Assembly: GCA_035636595.1 (NCBI GenBank)
Contig: DASPYU010000016.1
Coordinates: 193,518 to 257,517, forward strand
Length of the DNA stretch: 64,000 nt
Source: Thermoplasmata archaeon
GTDB taxonomy: Archaea > Thermoplasmatota > Thermoplasmata > RBG-16-68-12
Direction of reading: 5' to 3'
This document shows, piece after piece, positions 37,465-46,125 of this stretch (position 1 is the first letter of the stretch; each line of letters starts with the position of its first letter). The position numbers were made by a program, and so were the translations under genes. Below the pieces are notes generated by a model. That model did no database searches, was not told the DNA's origin, and saw only the letters and a program-made list of their open reading frames with translations.

Positions 37465-37593
37465 CCGGATAACCAATCACCCAGTCAGTCCCCCGCGAGG
37501 GGACAGCTGGTCCATCCCCCGTTGATGAGACAACCTGATGGATTACCGCGCATGTGGAAAATCGGCGCCGTCCTCTCGCACGCGGTACCATAA

Positions 37594-37601
37594 TTCTATA
37601 T
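37594..37601 (+). promoter_or_regulatory. TATA box upstream of the IMPase-NADK operon
   Basis: ttctatat 24 nt upstream of GTG 37625. Leaderless-type spacing. Confidence 0.4.
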
Positions 37602-37624
37602 CAGGTAAGGCGGTAAGTTGGCCC

Positions 37625-38392
37625 GTGAAGGGACTTCTCCTCGAGCTCGCGGATGCCGTCCAGCACGCCGTCGACTCGTTCGCCGGGAATCCCGCCGAGG
37701 TGATCGGCCGCGGCGCGGATGGCGCACCGAGCACCCGCATCGACCGAATCGCGGAGGAAGCGGTCCTCCGCGTCCTAGATTACGAGGGGGCGGCGCTCAA
37801 CGTACTGAGCGAAGAGGCGGGATACGTCGATCGCGGCGGCGAAGCCACCCTCGTCCTCGATCCCATCGATGGGACCCATAACGCCCTGCGTGGAGTCCCG
37901 GCGTACTCCGTCTCCCTCGCGATCGGCCACGAACATCTGGCCGAAATCCAGGAGGCCCTCGTCCGGGACCTGGTGTCCGGCGCCACCTACTACGCCGCGA
38001 AGGGCGGCGGCGCCCTCCTCAACGGCCATCCAATCCATGTCCATGCGTACGATCCGAAGGACGTGTTGTTCAGCGTCTACCTCGGAACGAACGCGGCCCC
38101 GGACGCAACGCGGGTCGCGGGCCTCGCCCGGCGGGTTCGCGCTCTCGGGGCGGCATCCCTCGACATGTGCCTCGTGGCCCGCGGGGCCGCAGACCTGTAC
38201 TACATGCACAGCGCGACCGTCGACGCGAAATTGCGCGCCGTCGACATCGCCGGCGGGACGCTCATCGTGCGGGAAGCGGGGGGCCAGGTGCTCGACCTCG
38301 ACGGACGGGATCTCGATTTGCCGCTCACGACCGCGGCCCGCACCGACCTGGTCGCGGTCGGCGACCGACGAGCCTGGGAGGTCATCCGATGA
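37625..38392 (+). CDS. inositol monophosphatase / fructose-1,6-bisphosphatase family protein
   Basis: From GTG 37625: VKGLLLELADAVQ...DRIAEEAV...LVLDPIDGTHNA...WDxAAG-like. IMPase motifs DPIDGT and the C-terminal metal site. The track's 37538 start adds 29 unlikely residues. Confidence 0.8.
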   Translation: MKGLLLELADAVQHAVDSFAGNPAEVIGRGADGAPSTRIDRIAEEAVLRVLDYEGAALNVLSEEAGYVDRGGEATLVLDPIDGTHNALRGVPAYSVSLAIGHEHLAEIQEALVRDLVSGATYYAAKGGGALLNGHPIHVHAYDPKDVLFSVYLGTNAAPDATRVAGLARRVRALGAASLDMCLVARGAADLYYMHSATVDAKLRAVDIAGGTLIVREAGGQVLDLDGRDLDLPLTTAARTDLVAVGDRRAWEVIR

Positions 38393-39195
38393 AGTTCGGG
38401 ATCACGGCGAATCCCCACATCCCGACCGCCTACGACGCCGCGAAGGCGATCGTCGCGCGGCTCGAGCTCGCACACGAAGTCCTCCTCGAGTCGGACTTGG
38501 CCCTCGCCTTGAATCGCAAGGGGATGCCACTGGCCCACATGCGCGTCGATGTCGTCCTGGCAATCGGCGGGGACGGCACGATCCTCCGCGCGCTGCAACT
38601 CTCCGATGTGAAGGTCCTCGGAATCAACTCGGGCTCCCTCGGATTCCTGGCGGAGGTCTACTCGAACGAGGCCGACGCGTACCTGGAGCGCGTCGCAAAA
38701 GGCGACTTCCGGGTGGAGGAACGAATGCGCCTGAAGGTCACCGTGGACGGCGAGCGGATGTTCGACTGCACCAACGAGGCCGTCGTGCACACGGCGCAGA
38801 TCGCGAAGATCCGCCATTTCGAAATCCGCGTCGACAGCGAGGTCGTAGAGCGGGTCCGCGCCGACGGGATCATCGTCGCGACCCCGACCGGCTCGACGTC
38901 GTATTCGATGTCCGCCGGAGGGCCGATCGTCGACCCGCGGGTCGACGCGATCATCGCGACCGCCATTGCGCCGTTCAAGCCCGCGTCCCGGCCCCACGTA
39001 TTCCCCGCGAACGCGGGAGTCCACGTGCGCCTCGTGAAGCCGAAGGAGTGCCTCCTCGTCATGGACGGCCAGCATGAGTCGACCCTGAAAGGAACCGAAG
39101 ATGTCGTCCTCACCGCATCGGATCGACGCGCGAAGCTCATCCGCTTCCGCGACGACTTCTACCGGCGAATCGAGGAGAAGCTGTCCCGCCAGTGA
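38389..39195 (+). CDS. nadK: NAD kinase
   Basis: From ATG 38389: MKFGITANPH...GGDGTILRA (GGDG motif)...NEAVV...DGIIVATPTGSTSYSMSAGGPIV. Overlaps the IMPase stop by 4 nt. Confidence 0.92.
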   Translation: MKFGITANPHIPTAYDAAKAIVARLELAHEVLLESDLALALNRKGMPLAHMRVDVVLAIGGDGTILRALQLSDVKVLGINSGSLGFLAEVYSNEADAYLERVAKGDFRVEERMRLKVTVDGERMFDCTNEAVVHTAQIAKIRHFEIRVDSEVVERVRADGIIVATPTGSTSYSMSAGGPIVDPRVDAIIATAIAPFKPASRPHVFPANAGVHVRLVKPKECLLVMDGQHESTLKGTEDVVLTASDRRAKLIRFRDDFYRRIEEKLSRQ

Positions 39196-39204
39196 GGTGC
39201 TCCA

Positions 39205-39579
39205 TTGAAGCGCGTGCAATCGATCGCCCGCAAGACCCTCCGCATGATCCTCGAGGCGTCGCGCGACATGTATCCGCGCGAGTTCGGGGCGATCCTCCGC
39301 GCGGAGGAAGGCGTCATCACGGAGCTCATCCTCGTCCCCGGGACCGTGAGCGGGAAGCGGCATGCAATCTTCCAGCTCCACACGCTTCCGGCGGATTTCT
39401 CGGTCGTCGGCACGGTCCACTCCCACCCGAGTGGCGTGCCGGAGCCCTCCGACGAGGACCGCGCGCTGTTCAACAAGTTCGGCGGCGTCCACATCATCGC
39501 GGGCTACCCGTACAACGAGAGCACCTGGGCCGCATGGACGAACAAGGGCGAGCCCGTGACCCTCAAGGTCGTCCCGTGA
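39205..39579 (+). CDS. JAMM/MPN+ metalloprotease
   Basis: 124 aa. Glu in the N-terminal helix plus HSHPSGVPEPSDED (HxHx7Sx2D JAMM motif). Confidence 0.8.
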   Translation: MKRVQSIARKTLRMILEASRDMYPREFGAILRAEEGVITELILVPGTVSGKRHAIFQLHTLPADFSVVGTVHSHPSGVPEPSDEDRALFNKFGGVHIIAGYPYNESTWAAWTNKGEPVTLKVVP

Positions 39580-40720
39580 CCTCGGGCGCTTTCGCGACGG
39601 ATCGATAGAGCGCTTCGATCTGATCCGTCACGCGCTCGATGCTGAACGAGCTCACGACCTTCTCCCGCCCGCGTTCGCCCATCGTCCGCCGCGCCGCGGG
39701 ATCCGCGAGGAGCCAACGGATCTTTTCCGCGAGGTCCTGCGGGTTGACGGGATCCGCGAGGAGACCTTCCTTCCCGTTGTCAATCACCTCCCGCACGCCC
39801 GGGATGTCGGCGACGACGACCGGTTTGGCCGTCGCCATCGCCTCGAGCGCGACGATCCCGAACGCTTCGAGCCGCGAGACGCTCGGCAGGACGAACACGT
39901 CGCACGCGGCGTACACGCGAGGCAACCCTGCCTCCGAGACGCGGCCGATGAAACGAGTCCGGTGCGCGACGCCGAACGACGTCGCGAGGCGCTTCATCGC
40001 GGGGAGGGCGGACCCGTCCCCGGCAATCAGGAAGAGCGCATCCGGGACGTACTGGGCGGCCTCGATGAAATGCTCGATGCCTTTGTGCGGCACGATCCGA
40101 CCGACGAGGAGGACGATCGGATCACCGGGAGGGAAGTTCAGCTTATCCCGGACGGGCGTCGGGTCGACGCCCGGATTGAAGCGATGATGGTCCACTGCGT
40201 TCGGGATTACCGCAGGATTGTGCCGCCACACGGCCCGGCTCGTCGCGGCGTACGTCTTCGTCGTCACCACGACTTTCGTGGCCTGGCGAAGCATCGAGGC
40301 GCCGAGGCTCCTCCGGTAAAGCGATTCGGCGAGCGTGCCGAACGGAGAGGGCAGCTGGACGTCGCAGTGATAGGTGACGACCGATGGGGTCCCGCGGGAG
40401 GCGGCGACGGACGTGGCGTAGTGCGCGGCGCCAGGAGGAGGGAAGTGTCCGTGGAGGATATCGACATCGAGGCCCCGCAGCACGGCGCGCATCTTCGGCA
40501 TGATCGGGGTACGCATCAGGATCGTCCGGGGTGCTACGCGAACAACGCGGAATCCGTCGAGCGGCTCCTCGGCCGCCAGGGACGCGTCCTGTCGGGACGT
40601 GACGACCGTGACCTCGTGGCCCCGTATCGCGAGCTCGCGGGAGAGGGAGCGCACGTGGCTCTCGACGCCGCCGAGATGGGGGTAGAACCAAGGGGTGACC
40701 TGGGCGATCCGCACGCCCAC
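39563..40720 (-). CDS. GT4-family glycosyltransferase
   Basis: 385 aa. GGVESHVRSLSRELAIRGHEVTVVT N-terminus and EAFGIVALEAMATAKPVV C-terminal GT-B motif. Confidence 0.85.
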   Translation of the reverse strand: MGVRIAQVTPWFYPHLGGVESHVRSLSRELAIRGHEVTVVTSRQDASLAAEEPLDGFRVVRVAPRTILMRTPIMPKMRAVLRGLDVDILHGHFPPPGAAHYATSVAASRGTPSVVTYHCDVQLPSPFGTLAESLYRRSLGASMLRQATKVVVTTKTYAATSRAVWRHNPAVIPNAVDHHRFNPGVDPTPVRDKLNFPPGDPIVLLVGRIVPHKGIEHFIEAAQYVPDALFLIAGDGSALPAMKRLATSFGVAHRTRFIGRVSEAGLPRVYAACDVFVLPSVSRLEAFGIVALEAMATAKPVVVADIPGVREVIDNGKEGLLADPVNPQDLAEKIRWLLADPAARRTMGERGREKVVSSFSIERVTDQIEALYRSVAKAPEVTGRP

Positions 40721-40723
40721 ACC

Positions 40724-41950
40724 TCAGAAGATCCGGCTTCGGGGCGCGATGTTGCCGCGAGCGTGGGCGCCGGGTCCAATGAACGATTCCTCGCCGACGA
40801 TTGTGCCCGCGTCGATCGACGCGTTGATGCCGACCTTCACATCGTCTCCCATGATAACGCCGAGCTTGCGCAGTCCCGTGTCGACCTCGACGCCACGGAA
40901 CACGACCTTGATCGGCGCCTCGTCGAGGCGGAGGTTCGCGACCTTCGTGCCAGCGCCGAGGTTGCAGCGCTCGCCGAGGATGCTGTCGCCCACGTAGTTC
41001 TGGTGCGGGACGTGTGCGGAGGCCATGAGGATCGAATTCTTCACTTCGCACGCGCTGCCGACCTTCGCGTTCGGGCCGATGGCCGTCGATGGCCGGACGT
41101 AGCAGTTCGGCCCGATCTCGGCCCCGGCGCCGATGATCGTCGGCCCCTCGATGTAGGCGCCCTTGCGGACGCGGGCGTCTTCCTCGATGGAGACCTCGCC
41201 GATCACGGTCGCCCCGGCATCGACCTCGCCATGGTCCGCGCCTTTCAGTCGCGATAGGAGGGCTGCATTCGCGCGGAGCAGGTCCCAAGGTCTCCCGACG
41301 TCGATCCAGTCCCCAGGAATCCGGAAGCCGTAGACCTCCTGGGTCGCCATGAGCGTCCGAATCGTGTCCGTGATCTCGTACTCCCCGCGGGGCGACTTCG
41401 GCGTCTTGTCGATCAACGGGAAGATGTCCTTGTCGAAGACGTAGATTCCCGCATTGATTAGGTTCGATTTCGGCTGGCGAGGCTTCTCCTCCAGGCCCAC
41501 GACGGTTCCGTCGTTCACCTCGACGACCCCGAAGGACCGGGGATCCGGGACTTCCGCGAGGGCCATCACCACCCCGCGGACCTTACGGTGGTGCGCGATG
41601 ATCTCCCCGAACGCGTCACCCGAGACGACCACGTCCCCGTTCACGCTCAAGAACGGACCGTCGACATGGGACCGCATCCGGCCGATGGCATGGGCGGTGC
41701 CGAGTCGTTCGGTCTGCTCCTCGTATTCGATCGAGAGGCCCAGTGCCTCGCCGTCGCCGAAGCTCTCGCGGATCCGATGGCCCTGCCACCCGATCAGGAT
41801 TGCGGCCTCGGAGATCCCCGCGGAGCGCAATGCCTCCAGCGTGTGCCGCAGAAACGGCTTGCCGGCCACCGGTAGAAGGGGCTTGGGAAGATTGGCCGTG
41901 AGGGGACGCATCCGAGTTCCCTCGCCGGCCGCGAGAACGACGGCTTTCAT
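40724..41950 (-). CDS. bifunctional sugar-1-phosphate nucleotidyltransferase / acetyltransferase (GlmU-like: NTP-transferase plus left-handed beta-helix)
   Basis: From ATG 41950: MKAVVLAAGEGTRMRPLT (G-x-G-T-R motif), then hexapeptide repeats (IGPNCYV...IGPNAKVG...). The track start 42073 overlaps the upstream gene. Confidence 0.85.
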   Translation of the reverse strand: MKAVVLAAGEGTRMRPLTANLPKPLLPVAGKPFLRHTLEALRSAGISEAAILIGWQGHRIRESFGDGEALGLSIEYEEQTERLGTAHAIGRMRSHVDGPFLSVNGDVVVSGDAFGEIIAHHRKVRGVVMALAEVPDPRSFGVVEVNDGTVVGLEEKPRQPKSNLINAGIYVFDKDIFPLIDKTPKSPRGEYEITDTIRTLMATQEVYGFRIPGDWIDVGRPWDLLRANAALLSRLKGADHGEVDAGATVIGEVSIEEDARVRKGAYIEGPTIIGAGAEIGPNCYVRPSTAIGPNAKVGSACEVKNSILMASAHVPHQNYVGDSILGERCNLGAGTKVANLRLDEAPIKVVFRGVEVDTGLRKLGVIMGDDVKVGINASIDAGTIVGEESFIGPGAHARGNIAPRSRIF

Positions 41951-43302
41951 GCGGCGGCGCCTTTCGCGCTCGATAGGACCGTGGAATATATCTCCTTTGT
42001 TCTGGCCTCTTCCCGCGACTCCGCCACGATGCGAATTTTCGGTTCCGTCCCGGAGAAACGCACGAGCGCCCATCCGTCATCGAACTGCAAACGCCAGCCG
42101 TCGATCGTCTCGATCTCTGAGACGATGGCGCGCAGCGCGACGTCGAGGCGCTGCTGAATTGCGGCGCGCTTTGATCCATCGTATGCGATCGCGCCGCGGA
42201 CGACGGGATAGCGAGGGATCTCTCGCACGAGTGCCGCGAGCGGATGCTCGGCCACGATCGAGACGAGGCGCGCGGCGGCGTACACTCCGTCCGGGCAGTA
42301 CGTGGCCTTGGGGAAGATCCAAGTGCCCGAGGGCTCGCCGCCGAATTCCGCGCCGCGACGTTTGAGCTCCGCCGCGACGTAGACGTCGCCGACGCGTGTG
42401 CGCCACACCTTCGCCTTCGGCAGGAGGTCCTCGAGGACCATCGACGCATCGACCGGCACGACGAGGCCGTGCCGCACCTCGCGCTTCGCGAACAGGGCGA
42501 GCAACGCGTCTCCGCCCACGAAGCGGCCTTCGTGATCCACCGCCACCATCCGATCCCCGTCTCCGTCGTGGGCGATCCCGAGGTCCGCCTTTACCGCACG
42601 GACCGTCGACATTAGCGCCTCCAGATTCTCCTCCGTCGGCTCCGGGTTGCGTCCTGGGAAATGGCCGTCCGCTTGGGCGTTGATTGCGATTACTTCACAG
42701 CCCATCTGTCGAAGGAGGAACGGCGTGATCGTCGCGGTTGCACCGCAACCGCAATCCACGACGACACGAAGCTTGACGCGACCGACGTCATGCAAGATCG
42801 CGCGGACATGACCCTCGACAAGGTCGTGCCGGGCCGAGACCGTTCCGACGTGATCCCACGCCGCCGCGCGGAACCGGCCCGCCTCGAGCGCGTCTTCGAT
42901 TTCCTTCTGCTGGCCCTCGTCGAACGCCATCCCATCGGGATTCCAGAGCTTGATGCCGTTGTCGGGCGCAGGGTTGTGGGAAGCCGTGATCATCGCGCCG
43001 CACGCATATTCGTGGGCGCCACGAGCAAGCGTCGGCGTCGAGACGAGGCCCGCATCGACCGCGTTCGACCCAGCCGCGAGGACGCCGGCCATGAGGGCGT
43101 GGGACAACATCGGGCCCGTGAGCCGCGGATCCCGGCCGACGACCGTATCTCCATAGGATTCGCCCAATGCCATCCCGACATGCAAGGCGAGGTCGGGTGT
43201 CACATCCACGTTGCCGCGGCCTCGAATGCCCGACGACCCGAAGCGAGTCACCGGTCGAGATACGACGCGCGCGATAGAAAGCCTTCGTGAGCGAGAACGC
43301 AC
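41947..43302 (-). CDS. phosphoglucosamine/phosphomannomutase family protein (GlmM-like)
   Basis: FGSSGIRG, TASHNP active-site serine loop, GDGDR metal loop. The start is probably a few codons inside the track ORF. The stop overlaps the GlmU-like start (ATGA). Confidence 0.85.
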   Translation of the reverse strand: MRSRSRRLSIARVVSRPVTRFGSSGIRGRGNVDVTPDLALHVGMALGESYGDTVVGRDPRLTGPMLSHALMAGVLAAGSNAVDAGLVSTPTLARGAHEYACGAMITASHNPAPDNGIKLWNPDGMAFDEGQQKEIEDALEAGRFRAAAWDHVGTVSARHDLVEGHVRAILHDVGRVKLRVVVDCGCGATATITPFLLRQMGCEVIAINAQADGHFPGRNPEPTEENLEALMSTVRAVKADLGIAHDGDGDRMVAVDHEGRFVGGDALLALFAKREVRHGLVVPVDASMVLEDLLPKAKVWRTRVGDVYVAAELKRRGAEFGGEPSGTWIFPKATYCPDGVYAAARLVSIVAEHPLAALVREIPRYPVVRGAIAYDGSKRAAIQQRLDVALRAIVSEIETIDGWRLQFDDGWALVRFSGTEPKIRIVAESREEARTKEIYSTVLSSAKGAAA

Positions 43303-43382
43303 AACCCTGAAAGAAGCATTATATATCGACGCTCGAATCCGCGAACGCGCGATCCGTCGGGACCGGCGCCAGGAGGGATCGG

Positions 43383-43604
43383 ATGGTCATGGAGCCCGTA
43401 ACGGTCGAGGACGCGATCGAGAAGGCGAAGAAGAAAGGTCTCCGGCCGGGGCGGGTTAGGGGCACGGACGGGATTCAGTTCACCAAAGGCCGGAACAACC
43501 GGATTGAAGTGATCAGCTGGGACGACTTCCGTAACACCCTCGCCGAACGGCAGCTCGAGGTGTACGAGTCCAGCGGCTTCATGAAGATCATGAAGAAACG
43601 CTGA
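43383..43604 (+). CDS. hypothetical small protein
   Basis: 73-aa ORF (MVMEPVTVEDAIEKAKKKGLRPG...). No domain recognised. Confidence 0.35.
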   Translation: MVMEPVTVEDAIEKAKKKGLRPGRVRGTDGIQFTKGRNNRIEVISWDDFRNTLAERQLEVYESSGFMKIMKKR

Positions 43605-43618
43605 CGCTCCTTGGACTC

Positions 43619-44113
43619 TCAGCGGGATCCGACTTTCTGGCCGCAGTACGGGCAAACCTTCCAGTCCGGCAAGAGCGCCGCGCCGCAATTCTTGCATGCA
43701 ATCGGTGCCATCGAGGGCGCGCGGCGAGCCTTGGTCTCCGCCGTCCCGAGAGACTGCCAGAATGCGAGCATGAGATTCTGTGCGTCCGTTTCGTATTCGG
43801 TATAGGAAATGGCGCCGCCGAGCACCGCGACGGGCAGCAGGAAGACCGCCGTCACGGCCCCGGCAATGAGGCCCTCGTCCGTGATCGAGGCGCCGAACGA
43901 AAGGTCGACATTACAGCCACCATCGGTATCGTCGAGGATCAAGTCGAACTCACGGCGGAGCCCGATTTGAGAATAGTGCGATGCGCCATGGATCCGGTAC
44001 GGCCCCGTCTTGGTGAGTGCAAACCCCTGACGGGTCCACCAACCCCACGCCTTCGGCCAGAAATCCTCGCGTCGCGCGCCCGGGAAGGATCGGACCTCGC
44101 GCTTCTCGAACAC
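43619..44113 (-). CDS. hypothetical membrane protein with C-terminal zinc ribbon
   Basis: 164 aa. One TM helix (AGAVTAVFLLPVAVLGGAI) and a C-terminal CKNCGA...CPYCGQ motif. Confidence 0.45.
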   Translation of the reverse strand: MFEKREVRSFPGARREDFWPKAWGWWTRQGFALTKTGPYRIHGASHYSQIGLRREFDLILDDTDGGCNVDLSFGASITDEGLIAGAVTAVFLLPVAVLGGAISYTEYETDAQNLMLAFWQSLGTAETKARRAPSMAPIACKNCGAALLPDWKVCPYCGQKVGSR

Positions 44114-44210
44114 GCCTCAACGAACTCGCAGATGCGCTTAGGGTTTTCGACGGCAGGCCAACCCACCGCAAGATTATTACGAGCCCACGAATTCGCTGCG
44201 GAGCACGCGT

Positions 44211-44295
44211 GCGTGGGTTGCCAAGCTTGGTCAAAGGCGCAGGACTCAGGATCCTGTCTCGTAGGGGTTCGCAGGTTCAAATCCTGCCCCACGCA
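44211..44295 (+). tRNA. tRNA-Leu (anticodon CAG), type II with long variable arm
   Basis: GCGTGGG acceptor, anticodon stem CAGGA/TCCTG with loop CTCAGGA, 14-nt variable arm, T-arm GCAGGTTCAAATCCTGC, 3' CCCACGC plus A. 85 nt. CCA not encoded. Confidence 0.9.
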
Positions 44296-44655
44296 TCCTA
44301 CCTCTCGTCCGGCCTCGTGGTTTCGCTGCGTCCAGAAAGCGACATTAGGTGGACCCTAGCCAAACGTAAGAAACGCGCCTGAATCGACTCCGACGGACCG
44401 GTTTGTACCGACCCTATTTGAAGGAGACCGGGCGACATATAAGTAGCGAGACAGACAAACGTCCGACGTGGGGTCTACGTCCGAGCTAGATTTCCGTAAG
44501 ACTCCACATTTCATATTGCAACCGCAGACTATGCACGAAACTTTTTCATAGTTCCCGGGGCATTTCAAGACCCGCCAAGTGAACGGGATTTCGGGGCGAC
44601 CGGATCCCGGACGCCGGTCAGTGGACCGGCCTCATTTTCACTTGGAGGTGATCGA

Positions 44656-46110
44656 TTGCCGTCCCAGAAGTTCAGCCGGAAGTATCTCACGCGACACAAA
44701 CGGAGCGCCCAGCTCTGGCGCCGCGCGAGCAAGCTCACCCCGGGCGGCGTCGAGAGCAACATCCGGTACTTCAAACCGCATCCGTTCCTCGCGGACTACG
44801 GCGATGGCGGCTACATCTACGACGTCGACGGCAACAAGATCCTCGACTTCATGATGGGCTTCGGCGGGCTGCTCCTCGGGCACAACAACCGCGACATCGC
44901 CCTCGAGGTGATCAAACAGCTCGAATCCGGTTCGATGCTCGGCGTCACGAGCGAGCTCTTCGTCGACTACCTCGAGACGGTCCAGAAGGCCGTCCCGTCG
45001 ATGAAGAAAATCCGCCTGACGAACAGTGGCACGGAGGCGACGATGCACGCCCTCCGGACCGCCCGCGCATATACGGGCCGCGAGAAGATCGCGAAGGCCG
45101 AAGGCGCGTACCACGGCGCCCACGACTACGTCCTGCAGAGCCTCGACATGGACGCGCGGACCGCGCGGCGGATGAACGGCTACAAGCCGGTCCCATATGG
45201 CCGCGGCATCCCGAAGGCGGTCTCCGACACGGTCGTCATCTATCCGTACAACGACATCGAAGGCACCGCCGAAGTCCTCGAGAAGAACGAGGACGAGGTC
45301 GCCGCCCTCATCATCGAGCCGGTGCTGTGCGGACCCGGCGTCATCGTCCCGAAGGGAAACTACCTGACACGGTTGCGGCAGCTCACGCGAAAGAAGCGGG
45401 TCGTCCTCATCTTCGACGAAGTCCTGACCGGGTTCCGCCTCGCCTACGGCGGCGCGCAGGAATACTACGACGTCCGGCCGGACTTGACGACCTTCGGAAA
45501 GATCGCCGGCGGCGGCTTCCAGCTCGCGGGATTCGGCGGCGAGGCGCAGATCATGGACGTCCTCGAGCCGGGCCGCGGGTGGCGGTACGCGACGTTCCAT
45601 GCGGGCACCTACAACGGCCATCCGATCAGTGTGGCCGCCGGACTGAAGGGCCTGCAGATCCTGGGCGAGCACCCGGAGTATTACGATCACGTCAACAGCC
45701 TCGGCCGCCAGCTCTTCACCGGACTCCAGGACCTCGCGGACGACCGACGCCTCCCCGCATGGGTCGAGTACGTCGGGTCGATCGGGAACGTCTACTTCAC
45801 GACAAAAGACGAGATCCGGAACTTCCGGGACACCCTGAGCGCGAACACGCGGCGCTGGTGGAACTGGTTCATCCACTGCCTTGGGAACAACGTCCTGTTC
45901 GGCATTCCGCAAACGGGCGAGCGGGCATTCCTCTGCACGGAGCACACGGAGGAAGACATCGAGTGGGCGCTCGAGGTCGCGGACAACGCGTTCGCCGCGA
46001 TCGCCAAGGAAGCGAAACGCCATCGCGAGAAGGCCCCATCCGTCCAAATGCAAGCCGTCGGCGAGCAAGCCGCGCTGTATGGAGAGGCGCAACCGCCCCC
46101 GAGCGTGTGA
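44656..46110 (+). CDS. class III aminotransferase (glutamate-1-semialdehyde 2,1-aminomutase-like)
   Basis: 484 aa. GFGGLLLGH, TNSGTEA, IFDEVLTGFR, TFGKIAGGG (PLP lysine) motifs. The 484-aa antisense ORF is an artefact. Confidence 0.85.
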   Translation: MPSQKFSRKYLTRHKRSAQLWRRASKLTPGGVESNIRYFKPHPFLADYGDGGYIYDVDGNKILDFMMGFGGLLLGHNNRDIALEVIKQLESGSMLGVTSELFVDYLETVQKAVPSMKKIRLTNSGTEATMHALRTARAYTGREKIAKAEGAYHGAHDYVLQSLDMDARTARRMNGYKPVPYGRGIPKAVSDTVVIYPYNDIEGTAEVLEKNEDEVAALIIEPVLCGPGVIVPKGNYLTRLRQLTRKKRVVLIFDEVLTGFRLAYGGAQEYYDVRPDLTTFGKIAGGGFQLAGFGGEAQIMDVLEPGRGWRYATFHAGTYNGHPISVAAGLKGLQILGEHPEYYDHVNSLGRQLFTGLQDLADDRRLPAWVEYVGSIGNVYFTTKDEIRNFRDTLSANTRRWWNWFIHCLGNNVLFGIPQTGERAFLCTEHTEEDIEWALEVADNAFAAIAKEAKRHREKAPSVQMQAVGEQAALYGEAQPPPSV

Positions 46111-46125
46111 GCGTCGAACCGGGCC

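Noticed and set aside
44211-44295. Possible intron in tRNA-Leu
   Set aside because: The 85-nt length is fully explained by the type II long variable arm. The anticodon loop is a canonical 7 nt with no bulge-helix-bulge insert.
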